Origin: an uncultured Chloroflexia bacterium
Lineage (GTDB): Bacteria; Chloroflexota; Chloroflexia; QHBQ01; JAICKM01
Direction: 5' to 3'
Assembly: GCA_963784695.1 (NCBI GenBank)
Contig: CAWARZ010000002.1
Span: 2,395,513-2,459,512, forward strand
Length of the DNA stretch: 64,000 nucleotides
The notes under the pieces were generated by a model that made no database searches, was not told where the DNA came from, and saw only the letters and a program-made list of their open reading frames with translations. Made by a program: the position numbers and the translations under genes. Each line of letters opens with the position of its first letter. Position 1 is the first letter of the stretch. This document shows, piece after piece, positions 45,726 to 54,764 of this stretch.

Positions 45726-47280
45726 AGATCACCATGGCCGGGCAGGTGAAGCGCGGGTCGGTGAAGGTCTGCACCGCGTGGTAGTGCGCGTCGAACCAGG
45801 CGGTGAACCCCTGCTGGTTGGCCTCCCAGCCGGGCAGGTACCAGGCGGGGCAGATGGCCATGTAGTCGGGCATGTAGTGCTCGGGGCCCCAGGCCGTCTG
45901 GTTCTGCGCCAGGTGCGCCGCGATGTCCGGCTGGATCAGCCCGTAGAAGTCGATCACGTGGCGCTCGGCGTAGTAGCTCATCGTCCCGACCTCCATCATG
46001 CCGACGGTGGCACCAGGCGGCGTGTTGGCGCGCAGCCAGTCGCCGATCTCCTGGTAGACCACCTCGCGCGCCTGGGGCAGCCGCGGGAAGAGCGCCGCCG
46101 CCGTCACCGCGAACGCGCCCGCGATGCCCACGCCCGCGAGGAGGACCACGAGCGCCGCGGAGGCCGGCCGGGCGGCGCGCAGGCGCCCCGCCCCGCGGCG
46201 CACTAGCGGCACCAGCGCCACGCCAAGCCAGTGCGCGCCGAGTACGGTCAGCAGCAGCAGCACCGGCACTAGCGGGGTGTAATAGTTCTGGTAGCGCGGC
46301 ACGGCCAGGATAGTATAGCCCAGCGCGTAGAGCAGGCCCCACAGCAGGAACGGCCAGGCCCAACGGTCGCCCTGCCGCGGCATCGTGGCCAGTAGCCCGA
46401 TCAGCGCCAGCGGCGGGATCAGCCAGTAGAGCAGGCTCTGCTGAGCGTAGGCCATCCACCAGAAGCCGAGCCCCGGCCCGAAGACCATCGTGCCGGGCAG
46501 CGCCGATTGCGCGATCTTGGCGGCCAGCGTGGCGGGCGCCAGCGTGCCGTAATAGAGCCAGGCGAAGGCGTACCAGGGCACCACGGTGAGCGCATAGAGC
46601 GCCGCCGCCCGCGCGATCTGCGCCCGCGCCGTCGTGCGCCACGCGCGGCTCAGCAGCCAATGGATGCCCAGCGCGCCCGCCAGCAGCGCGCCGTCGCCCC
46701 GGTTGACCACCGCCAGCCCCGCCAGCAGCCCGGCCCAGCCGAGCGCCCGGCGGTCGTAGGCGTAGACCGCGCCCGCGATCAGCGCCACGTGCAGGATCGA
46801 CTCGGAGCTATAGACCGCGGCGGTGAACGGGTTCAGGATCGTCAGCACGCCGAGCACGAGCCCGGCGACCGGCTTGCCGTGCCGGGCGCAGAGCAGGTAC
46901 AGGAAGAGCGCCCCGGCGAACAGCGCGGGCATGCTCAGCACGTGGCTGGTCACCGGCAGGTCGGGCCAGGCCAGCCCTGCCGCCGCGAGCAGCAGGGTGT
47001 ACAGCGGCGTCGTCGTGCTCAGCACGCGCTCGCCCGGGTTGAAGACCAGCCCCTGCCCCTGGAGCAGGTTGTGCGCGTAGCGATAGGTGATGTAGCTGTC
47101 GTCGGGCAGGAAGCCGTTATACGTCAGCGCGAAGCCGAAGCAGCAGACGGCCAGGGCGGCGATCACCGGCCAGTCCTGCGGCGTGCGCCGCAGCCAATAC
47201 GCGGCGATCACCGCCGTCGCGGCCAGGACCAGCCCCAGCGCCAGCACGGTGCTGGGTTCGAGGAGCGCAGGGTTCGACAT
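45712..47280 (-). CDS. Polytopic membrane protein, GT-C-like glycosyltransferase (putative)
   Basis: 12 or more TM segments. The first-loop motif LPDDSYITYRYAHNLLQGQGLVFNPGERV is as seen in arabinosyl/mannosyl-type GT-C enzymes (from memory). Confidence 0.5.
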   Translation of the reverse strand: MSNPALLEPSTVLALGLVLAATAVIAAYWLRRTPQDWPVIAALAVCCFGFALTYNGFLPDDSYITYRYAHNLLQGQGLVFNPGERVLSTTTPLYTLLLAAAGLAWPDLPVTSHVLSMPALFAGALFLYLLCARHGKPVAGLVLGVLTILNPFTAAVYSSESILHVALIAGAVYAYDRRALGWAGLLAGLAVVNRGDGALLAGALGIHWLLSRAWRTTARAQIARAAALYALTVVPWYAFAWLYYGTLAPATLAAKIAQSALPGTMVFGPGLGFWWMAYAQQSLLYWLIPPLALIGLLATMPRQGDRWAWPFLLWGLLYALGYTILAVPRYQNYYTPLVPVLLLLTVLGAHWLGVALVPLVRRGAGRLRAARPASAALVVLLAGVGIAGAFAVTAAALFPRLPQAREVVYQEIGDWLRANTPPGATVGMMEVGTMSYYAERHVIDFYGLIQPDIAAHLAQNQTAWGPEHYMPDYMAICPAWYLPGWEANQQGFTAWFDAHYHAVQTFTDPRFTCPAMVIYARQ

Positions 47281-47450
47281 CCTGGCTATTATAGCAAAAA
47301 CGCCGCAGCGGGGGATCCGCGCCCGCGGCTTCCGTCAGGGGCTGGGTTCGGAAACGGCCGGCGATCGGCGGAAACGCGACGGGTGCGCGATCCGGGCGTC
47401 TATCAGGCGAGGAGGGCGGCGACCATCTGCCGACCCTGCCCCCCTGTCAT

Positions 47451-47500
47451 CTTGAACGCAAGTGAAGGATCTCCGACTCCGAAATCTTGACCTGACTAAG
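47451..47500 (+). repeat. Dispersed repeat family 1, copy 5
   Basis: ccccTGTCATCTTGAACGCAAGTGAAGGATCTCCGACTCCGAAATCTTGAC. Confidence 0.8.
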
Positions 47501-47776
47501 CCGTTTCCGCGCCGACCGGCACCTCGGAAACCCTCGACGTTTCCGCAGGCAGGCCCCGAGTTCGGAGGTGTCTCACGACCCTCAACAGGATCAGGGGAAG
47601 GCCGGGCGCGCTTCTGTTCACGCTTCCGGCCTGCGGTGTAGGACACCGCAATCCTCGGGGTATTCACGCCGCGTGCCGCTGTGGCGCTGCGGCACGCGAG
47701 GTGTTATCATGAAGGGAAGGCGATGGTACGGCCATTGCAGGGATCGGCCCGCGCGGGCGGGCACACGGAGGGGCGC

Positions 47777-49006
47777 ATGGCGAATGATGGACAGGGGAAT
47801 AGCGGGACGGAGACCGTCGGCCCGGAAGCGCTGCTGAGCGACCTGGCGGCGCGCACGCGCCTGCGCGAGGGCGCCGCGGGCATCGAGGCCGTGCTGCACA
47901 CGATCCATCACCACGCCGGGCTCACCGGGCGCGAGCTGGCCCGCCGCACGCGCCTGCCCGTGCCCGTCATTACCGCTGTCCGCCGAGAGCTCGAAAAGGC
48001 CGGGCTCGTGCAGCCAGGCCCCTACATCCGCCTCTCGCCCGAGGGGCTCGTGCTGGTCGAGGGCGCCTGGGGCTGGGTCGGCCAGAGCTTCGTCTGCCCG
48101 GTCTGCCACGGGAACAAGGTGCTCGTCGGCAACGAGTGGGCCGATGCCCGCGCCCAGCTGGAATCCTGGTTCGCCGGGAACCCGACCGTCGACGTCACGC
48201 TCGACCAGAGCCACTGCACGCCGGAGACCAACCTGCGCCGTGTGCTCTATATGCTGACGCAGGGCGCGCTTGCGGGCAAGGCGGTCCTCCTGCTCGGAGA
48301 CGACGACTCGGTCAGCCTGGCCATCGGCCTCGTCGGCAAGGTGCTCAGCCCACAGGGCCGCGGCCGCCTGACGCGCCGCCTCGTCGTGGTCGACACGGAC
48401 CCCCGCATCCTGGCTCATCTGCGCGCGGCGGCCGAGGAGGCCGATCTGCCCCTAGAAACAGTCGAGCACGACTTGCGCGACCCATTGCCCGACGACCTGC
48501 GCGGCCGGTTCGACACGGTCGTCACCGATCCGCCGTACACCCAACCGGGCCTCGAGCTCTTCGTCTCGCGCGCCGCGGAAGCCTTCGCGCCCGCGCAGGG
48601 CAAGCAGCTGTTCCTGTCGTTCGGCCACCGTACCCCCGCCGACCAGGCGGCGCTGCAAGCCGCACTGGCGCGCATGGGCCTCGCCATGGTCGAGATCCTG
48701 CCCGGCTTCAACGAGTACCGCGGCGCGGGCATCCTCGGCGGCGTCAGCCAGATGATCCACCTCCTGACGACGCCCGAGACGCGGCCGCTGATCACGGGCC
48801 GCTTCGACGCGCCGCTCTACACCGGCGAGGTACGCCCGACCCTGCGGGTCTACCGCTGCCGCGCCTGCGGCACCGCCGTGCGCGTCGGCTCCGCGGCCGA
48901 GGCGGAGGCGCCGACGATCGAGGCGCTGAAAGCGCGGGGCTGCCCGCAGTGCGGCGCGGCCCAGTTCGACCTGGAGTCCCGGGAGGCGGTGGAAGACCAT
49001 GCCTGA
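47777..49006 (+). CDS. bpsA: N4-bis(aminopropyl)spermidine synthase-like (BpsA/DUF43) aminopropyltransferase with wHTH-like N-terminus and C-terminal Cys4 ribbon
   Basis: ATG 47777 follows GGAGGGG. VLLLGDDDSVSLAIG and FDTVVTDPPYTQPG are the DUF43 signature. Extras: N-terminal LTGRELARRTRLPVPVITAVRRELEKAGLV, CPVCHG, and C-terminal CRACG..CPQCG. Confidence 0.75.
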   Translation: MANDGQGNSGTETVGPEALLSDLAARTRLREGAAGIEAVLHTIHHHAGLTGRELARRTRLPVPVITAVRRELEKAGLVQPGPYIRLSPEGLVLVEGAWGWVGQSFVCPVCHGNKVLVGNEWADARAQLESWFAGNPTVDVTLDQSHCTPETNLRRVLYMLTQGALAGKAVLLLGDDDSVSLAIGLVGKVLSPQGRGRLTRRLVVVDTDPRILAHLRAAAEEADLPLETVEHDLRDPLPDDLRGRFDTVVTDPPYTQPGLELFVSRAAEAFAPAQGKQLFLSFGHRTPADQAALQAALARMGLAMVEILPGFNEYRGAGILGGVSQMIHLLTTPETRPLITGRFDAPLYTGEVRPTLRVYRCRACGTAVRVGSAAEAEAPTIEALKARGCPQCGAAQFDLESREAVEDHA

Positions 49007-49541
49007 TCGCCCGCTGCGCTCCGCGCCGCAGAGCCCCGCACCGCCCGCCGTGGCCGCGCAGCCGCTTGACACGGCCGCCGGGCCGGCCGTCATCCGCCCG
49101 GCCACCGCCGCCGACCTGCCCGCGCTGGTCGCCTTCGAGATCGCCATCGCGCGCATCTCCTTCCCGCGCGACGCCATCACCGACCCGGCGGTGCACGAGA
49201 AGAAGCTGCGCAAAGCCGTCGAGCGGGGCGAGCCGGGCATGTTCGTGCTCGAGCGCGACGGCACCGTGCTCGGCTGGCTCTGGGCCACCCTGAACACGAA
49301 CTTCCTGACCAACGAGCCATATCTAACCTTCCGCAGCATGGCCGTCGACGAGACGGCGCCCGATCATGCCGCGCTGGCCGATGCGCTCTTCGACTTCGGC
49401 ATCGCCTACGCGCGGGCCGCCGGGGTGGCCGAGATTACGGGCAAGGTCCACGTCGCGAACACGCCCATGCGCCTGTTGTACAAGAGAGCCGGGTTCGAGG
49501 CCGAGCACCTGACCATGAAGCTGCCGTTGCCCCATGCGTAA
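48999..49541 (+). CDS. GNAT-family N-acetyltransferase
   Basis: IRPATAADLPALVAF..FRSMAVDE..AGVAEITGKVHVANTPMRLLYKRAGF. It overlaps both neighbours by 8 nt. Confidence 0.75.
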   Translation: MPDRPLRSAPQSPAPPAVAAQPLDTAAGPAVIRPATAADLPALVAFEIAIARISFPRDAITDPAVHEKKLRKAVERGEPGMFVLERDGTVLGWLWATLNTNFLTNEPYLTFRSMAVDETAPDHAALADALFDFGIAYARAAGVAEITGKVHVANTPMRLLYKRAGFEAEHLTMKLPLPHA

Positions 49542-49902
49542 TCGCCACGTCCTCTACGATGTCTGGGTCGCCGATCCGACCCTGCTGGAGCGGGTGCCGC
49601 CGCTCGAGGATCTGCTGCGCCGCGCCGCGCTCGCGGGCGGCGCCACGATCCTGCACAGCTACTTCCACCCCTTCGCGCCCTGTGGCGTGACCGGCTTCCT
49701 GCTGCTCGCCGAGTCGCATCTGAGCGTGCACACCTGGCCGGAGGAAGGCTTTGCCGCCTTCGACATCTTCTCCTGTGGCGACATGGACACCGAAGCCATC
49801 GTCTCGACCATCCGGGACGCCCTCGCGCCCGTGCGTGAGGAGCTCCAGCTGATCCACCGCGGCATTTCCGACGGAGCGGAGGGCCCGAGTTGTCCGATCT
49901 AA
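49534..49902 (+). CDS. speH: S-adenosylmethionine decarboxylase proenzyme (small SpeH type)
   Basis: GFLLLAESHLSVHTWPEEGFAAFDIFSCG, with the E-S self-cleavage site and pyruvoyl motif. Confidence 0.9.
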   Translation: MRNRHVLYDVWVADPTLLERVPPLEDLLRRAALAGGATILHSYFHPFAPCGVTGFLLLAESHLSVHTWPEEGFAAFDIFSCGDMDTEAIVSTIRDALAPVREELQLIHRGISDGAEGPSCPI

Positions 49903-49941
49903 GAATCCGGGGCCGGCACTGCCCCCCGCCAGGTCAAGTGC

Positions 49942-51004
49942 GTGGTCTGGGATCTCGACGACACACTCTGGGCGGGCGTCCAGGCCGAGGGCGACTCGCC
50001 CGTGCCCCGCCGCGAGGTGCTGGCGGTGATCGACGCGCTGAGCAAGCGCGGCATCGTCCAGAGCATCGCCAGTCGCAACGACCCGATCATCGGCGCCCGA
50101 CTGCTGGAGCGCCCGCTGCTGACCGGCCGTTTCGTCGCGCCGCAGATCGGCTGGGACCCCAAGGACGTCGCTTTGCGCCGCATCGCCGAGACGCTGAACA
50201 TCGGCCTCGACACCCTGGCCTTCGTCGACGATAGCGCCTTCGAGCGCGCCGCCGTCGCCGCCGTGCTGCCCGAGGTGCGCGTGCTGGCGCTCGACGACCT
50301 GCCGGGCCTGCTCGACCGCCCGGAGTTCCAGCCCGGCCCGATCACCGCCGAGGCCACCGCGCGCACCCAGATGTATCAGGAAGAGGCCGCGCGCCGCGCC
50401 GCCGAGCGCGACTTCGCCGGGGAGCGTGAGCGCTTCCTCGAATCCTGCGCGATGGTGCTCACACTCCGCCCCGCCACGATGACGGACCTGCCGCGCCTCG
50501 ACGAGCTCGTCGCCCGCACGAACCAGCTGAACTCCACCGGCTATCGCTACACCAAAGAGGAGACGACGCGCCGCGTGCTCGACCACTGGCACTACCTCGT
50601 GCCCGTGGCTCACCTGCGCGACCGCTTCGGCAGCTACGGCCTCATCGGCGCCGCGCTGGTCGACCGCTGGCACGCGTCCGACGCCTGGCTGGTCGAGCTC
50701 TTGCTGCTCTCCTGCCGCGTCGAGGGCCGCGGCATCCCCGGGGCCCTGCTGCGCTGGGTGCTCGGCGCCGCCGCGGGCGCGGGCGCCGCCCGGCTCGACG
50801 CGCTCTACCGCGCCGGACCCCAGAACCGGCAGATGGCCCTGCTCCTCCGCTCGCTCAGCTTCCAGCCGACCCGCGTCCCCCCGCCCAACTCGCCGGCCGC
50901 TGCGGGCGCGATGGTCTACCAGCGCGCGCACAGCGCCGCCGCTGCCCGCCTATCCGGCCTGGCTCACACTGGAGGTCGAAGGCTTCGAGGGCTCCGCCTC
51001 GTGA
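49942..51004 (+). pseudogene. HAD-IIIC / FkbH-like domain protein; one frame change near the 3' end, start uncertain
   Basis: VWDLDDTLW (DxDxT), SRNDP and FVDDSAFER are HAD-IIIC motifs, followed by a GNAT-like C-terminal half. The frame of ORF 49942..52224 turns Arg-rich after about 50935, while the +1 frame reads PPLPAYPAWLTLEVEGFEGSAS to stop 51002-51004. The only in-frame start after the speH stop is GTG 49942. Confidence 0.65.
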
Positions 51005-51031
51005 CGGCCGCGCACTGCCTGGGCGGACGAG

Positions 51032-51265
51032 GTGCGCGCGCTGCTCGCCGCCGCCGTCGACCGCCCGGCCGCCACCTTCGCCGCCCTGCCCAACTCCACG
51101 CCACTCTTCGGCCCGGCGGTCAACCTCGACTCGTTCAGCGGCATGGCCCTGCTGGCCGCCATCGAGGCGCGCTACGGTGTCGATCTGGCCGCGGAAGACC
51201 TCGACCTGGCCAGCCTGGAGACCATCGGCACCCTGACCGCCTTCCTGGCGGCGCGCGCCCGCTGA
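51032..51265 (+). CDS. Acyl/peptidyl carrier protein (phosphopantetheine attachment site)
   Basis: 77 aa with GPAVNLDSFSGMALLAAIEARYGV, a DS-motif Ser and a carrier-protein helix pattern. Confidence 0.65.
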   Translation: MRALLAAAVDRPAATFAALPNSTPLFGPAVNLDSFSGMALLAAIEARYGVDLAAEDLDLASLETIGTLTAFLAARAR

Positions 51266-51282
51266 GGCCCGAATCCGGCGCG

Positions 51283-52818
51283 CTACTTCACCGCCTGGAG
51301 CATCTTCGAGACGAGTGCCTTATCCGTGGCGACCGCGTAGACCACGCGGTCGCCGCTCGCCTGGATCCCGATGTAGCGACCGTCCGTGCTCCAGAGCGAT
51401 CCGGCCTGCGTGGCACTCGCCAGGCTCTGCCGCAGGCCGCCCAGGAACGACTGCGCCGCATTGGCCGTGTCCCAGCGCGTGATCAGCAGCAGCGCGGCGG
51501 CGTCGCCCGATCCCTGGTACATGGCGAACTCCGCGCCGCCCCAGCCGACCACCGTGGGCATTGTCGACCCACCGGTGCCGCCCGAGGCGGTCGGCATGTG
51601 CACGCCGTTGACTTGCAGCATCTCGGCCAGGTCAAACTCGCCCAGGTTGTTGGTATCCTTCAGCGTCCAGCCCGCGCCGAGGGTGCTGGTCAGCGGCGGC
51701 ACCGTCACCGGGATCGGCGTGTCGCGCGGCGTCGCCAGGTAGCGGTCCGGGTGCAGGATCTGCTCCGACGAGCTTGGGGGGTCGCGGAAGGCCTTGTTGA
51801 GCGCCGCCTCGCCGTTCTGCTTATACAGCGTCACCGCGAACTGCGCACCCGCGTCGTAGGGGAAGATCAGGCTGTCCCGAATGTATTGGGGCGCCTGGTC
51901 AAAGGTCGTAGACGGTGCCTGGCTCTGCTCTTGCTGGAGCAGTTGCATATCCGACTGGCTCATGTAGCGCAGATCGTAGATGGTCTGCGAGAGGACGGCG
52001 TCCCCTTCGATGAGCGCTGTCAGCGCGGTGCCGAGATCATTGTTATGCAGATCGTTCGGCCGCAGCTTGTTCAGGTCGAAGTACTGGTCCTGCAAGGCGT
52101 GGGTGAACTCGTGCGCCAGCGTCTCGCGCGCCATCGGGTTGAGCGGCTGCTGGTCGGCGAGCACGTACAGCGCCTTCGTGTCGGGATCGTAATAGCCGAT
52201 CACCTGCTCGCCCAGCAGGTTTAGCTGCAGCTGGTAGAGGTCGAGCGAGCGATTGTCGATCAGCCGCAGCAGCCACAGCTCCAGCGCGTCCTGGTGGCCC
52301 TGTTTGGGCGAGTAGTCGGCGGCCACCTGGGCTTTCGTGTTGATCGCCATCTGCGCCGCGCTGATGAAGTGGGCCGGCACCGTCTGCTTTGGCTGCAGCC
52401 CACGCTCGTCGGCTGTATCGGCCTCGACCGTCTTTAGCTGTTGCAGCGTCTGCGGCTGGACGGTCGCCTCCGGGAAAGGCGTGCCGGTGGCCGTGGCCGT
52501 GCCCGCGGTCGGGGCGGGTGCCGCGGTCTCGGTCAGTCCGGCCGCGGCGGGCGTGGTCGGCACGGCAGCCGGGGGCGTGACGGTGACAAGTCCTCCGGGC
52601 GGCACCGTGAACGCGGTGTCGGTGGCCGCGGGCGCCGGGGTGGTCGGTGTAGCCGCCACAATCACGGGCGTCGACGTCGGCACGATCGGTGTCGACGTGA
52701 AGACCGCGGCCGGGGGCACCGTGGCGGTCGGTGGGGCCGCCGTCGGCGTGGCGGGGGTGGTATCGCAGGCTGCCAACGCGCCCAGGGCGCAGAGCAGCAC
52801 GAGCAGGTGCCGGAACAT
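51283..52818 (-). CDS. Lipoprotein with PT-rich linker and an HExxH domain (putative zinc metalloprotease)
   Basis: ATG 52818 follows AAGGAG. MFRHLLVLLCALGALAAC carries a lipobox, followed by about 130 aa of Pro/Thr/Ala linker. ETLAHEFTHALQDQ is the HExxH motif. Confidence 0.6.
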   Translation of the reverse strand: MFRHLLVLLCALGALAACDTTPATPTAAPPTATVPPAAVFTSTPIVPTSTPVIVAATPTTPAPAATDTAFTVPPGGLVTVTPPAAVPTTPAAAGLTETAAPAPTAGTATATGTPFPEATVQPQTLQQLKTVEADTADERGLQPKQTVPAHFISAAQMAINTKAQVAADYSPKQGHQDALELWLLRLIDNRSLDLYQLQLNLLGEQVIGYYDPDTKALYVLADQQPLNPMARETLAHEFTHALQDQYFDLNKLRPNDLHNNDLGTALTALIEGDAVLSQTIYDLRYMSQSDMQLLQQEQSQAPSTTFDQAPQYIRDSLIFPYDAGAQFAVTLYKQNGEAALNKAFRDPPSSSEQILHPDRYLATPRDTPIPVTVPPLTSTLGAGWTLKDTNNLGEFDLAEMLQVNGVHMPTASGGTGGSTMPTVVGWGGAEFAMYQGSGDAAALLLITRWDTANAAQSFLGGLRQSLASATQAGSLWSTDGRYIGIQASGDRVVYAVATDKALVSKMLQAVK

Positions 52819-53014
52819 GACCACTCCTTTCGGCCGCGCCGCGGCGGCCGTTGAGACGGGGGTGGACGGAGCAGGAGGCCCGCCCGCGGGGCGGCGGTAC
52901 ATTCCGGCCACAAACCCAGTTATAATCGGCGTTACAGAGTAATATACGGTCACCGCTGCCCGATTGTGACGGTGCGACGGTCCCGGCCCGCGCCACGTTA
53001 GGAGAGTATGGATC

Positions 53015-54751
53015 ATGCCGACCACTTTTGCCGATCTACAGCTGAGCCCCGGGGTGCTCGAAGCGATCGGCGATCTGGGCTTCGAGGAGCCCACGCCGAT
53101 CCAGGATCAGACGATCCGCCCGCTCATCGAGGGCCGCGACGTCATCGCCCAGGCGCAGACCGGCACCGGCAAGACGGCCGCCTTCGCCATCCCTATCGTC
53201 GAATGCGTCGACCCGCAGGAGCTGCGCGTGCAGGCCATCGTGCTCGCCCCGACGCGTGAGCTTGCGGTGCAGGACGCCGAGGCCACCCATCGGCTCGGCC
53301 GGGTCAAGGGCGTCAGCGTGCTGCCCATCTACGGCGGCCAGCCCATCTACCGCCAGCTACACGCGCTCGCCCGCGGCGTCCAGGTCGTCATCGGCACGCC
53401 CGGCCGCGTGCTCGACCACTTGCGGCGCGGCAGCCTCACGCTCGACGCCGTGCGCTTCGTCGTGCTCGACGAGGCCGACGAGATGCTCGACATGGGCTTC
53501 GTCGAGGACATCGAGAGTATCCTCGACGCCGTCCCCAGCCCGCACCAGACCGCCCTCTTCTCGGCCACCATCCCGCCGCGCATCGCCCACCTGGCGGAGA
53601 AGTACTTGAACGATCCGGTCCGCATCAGCATCGCGCCCACCGAGCTGACCGTGCCCGCGATCGACCAGTTCTACGTGCCGGTGACCGCGCGCAACAAGCT
53701 CGACGTGCTGGCCCGTCTGCTCGACCACGAGATGCCCGAGTCGGCCATCATCTTCGCGCGCACCAAGCGCGATGTCGACGAGTTGGGCGAGGCGCTGCAG
53801 GCCCGCGGCTTCGCCGCTGAGACGCTGCACGGCGATCTCAACCAGGTCCAGCGCGACCGCGTGATGAGCCGCTTCCGCGGCGGCCAGGTCGAGCTCCTCG
53901 TGGCCACCGACGTCGCGGCCCGCGGCCTCGACATCAGCGGCGTCACCCACGTCTTTAACTACGCCATCCCCGAGGACCCCGAGGCCTACGTCCACCGCAT
54001 CGGCCGCACCGGCCGCGCGGGCCGCACCGGCCAGGCGATCACGCTCGTGCAGCCGCACGAGATCCGTCTGCTGCGCCTCATCGAGCGCATGATCCGCCGC
54101 AAGATCACGCCTCAGCGCCTCCCCACCGTGGCCGATGTCGAGGCTCGGCGCCGTGAGCTCCTCAAGGCCGCCCTGCGCGACGAGATCCAGGCGGGCAATC
54201 TCGACGGCTACATGGTCGTCGTCGAGGACCTGGCCGAGGAGTTCGACCTGGCCGAGATTGCCGCCGCGGCCGCCAAGCTGAGCGCCTCCGGCGGCCGTCC
54301 GGTGACCGAGATCGCCGAGCCGCCGCCGCCCCCGCCGCGCCCGGCCCCGAGCGCCGCTGGGGCCGGCGGTCCGCTTACGCGCATCACGCTCAACGTCGGC
54401 CGCGCGGAGGGCGTGCGCCCGGCCGATGTGGTCGGCGCGATCGCCAACGAGGCGGGCATCCCGGGCCGCACCATCGGCAACATCGACATCTACGACGAAG
54501 TCACTGTGGTCGAAATCCCCGAGGCCGACCGCGACCGGGTGATCGCCGCGCTGCGCAGCGCCACGATCCGCGGCCGCCACGTGCAGGCGGCCCCGCTCGA
54601 GGCCGGCACGGCGCCGCCGCCCCGCACGACACGCCCGCAACGTGCCACGCCGCATCCCGGCGCCCGCCCGCACCCCGGCCACCCGCCCGTGCACCGGCCC
54701 ACCGGCAAGCCTCACCCGGTCGCCCGCAAGCCGCCCCGCAAGGAGCGCTGA
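53015..54751 (+). CDS. DEAD-box RNA helicase (CshA/DeaD-like) with a DbpA-type RNA-binding domain and a basic tail
   Basis: FEEPTPIQ, AQTGTGKT, PTRELA, DEADEM, SAT, HRIGRTGRAG; C-terminal RITLNVGRAEGVRPADVVGAIANEAGI. Confidence 0.9.
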   Translation: MPTTFADLQLSPGVLEAIGDLGFEEPTPIQDQTIRPLIEGRDVIAQAQTGTGKTAAFAIPIVECVDPQELRVQAIVLAPTRELAVQDAEATHRLGRVKGVSVLPIYGGQPIYRQLHALARGVQVVIGTPGRVLDHLRRGSLTLDAVRFVVLDEADEMLDMGFVEDIESILDAVPSPHQTALFSATIPPRIAHLAEKYLNDPVRISIAPTELTVPAIDQFYVPVTARNKLDVLARLLDHEMPESAIIFARTKRDVDELGEALQARGFAAETLHGDLNQVQRDRVMSRFRGGQVELLVATDVAARGLDISGVTHVFNYAIPEDPEAYVHRIGRTGRAGRTGQAITLVQPHEIRLLRLIERMIRRKITPQRLPTVADVEARRRELLKAALRDEIQAGNLDGYMVVVEDLAEEFDLAEIAAAAAKLSASGGRPVTEIAEPPPPPPRPAPSAAGAGGPLTRITLNVGRAEGVRPADVVGAIANEAGIPGRTIGNIDIYDEVTVVEIPEADRDRVIAALRSATIRGRHVQAAPLEAGTAPPPRTTRPQRATPHPGARPHPGHPPVHRPTGKPHPVARKPPRKER

Positions 54752-54764
54752 ACCGCGGCCGCCC

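Noticed and set aside
51005-52224. Continuation of the 760-aa ORF 49942..52224 past the FkbH-like domain.
   Set aside because: After about 50935 the translation is Arg-rich junk. It runs antisense through the carrier-protein gene frame and the lipoprotein gene.
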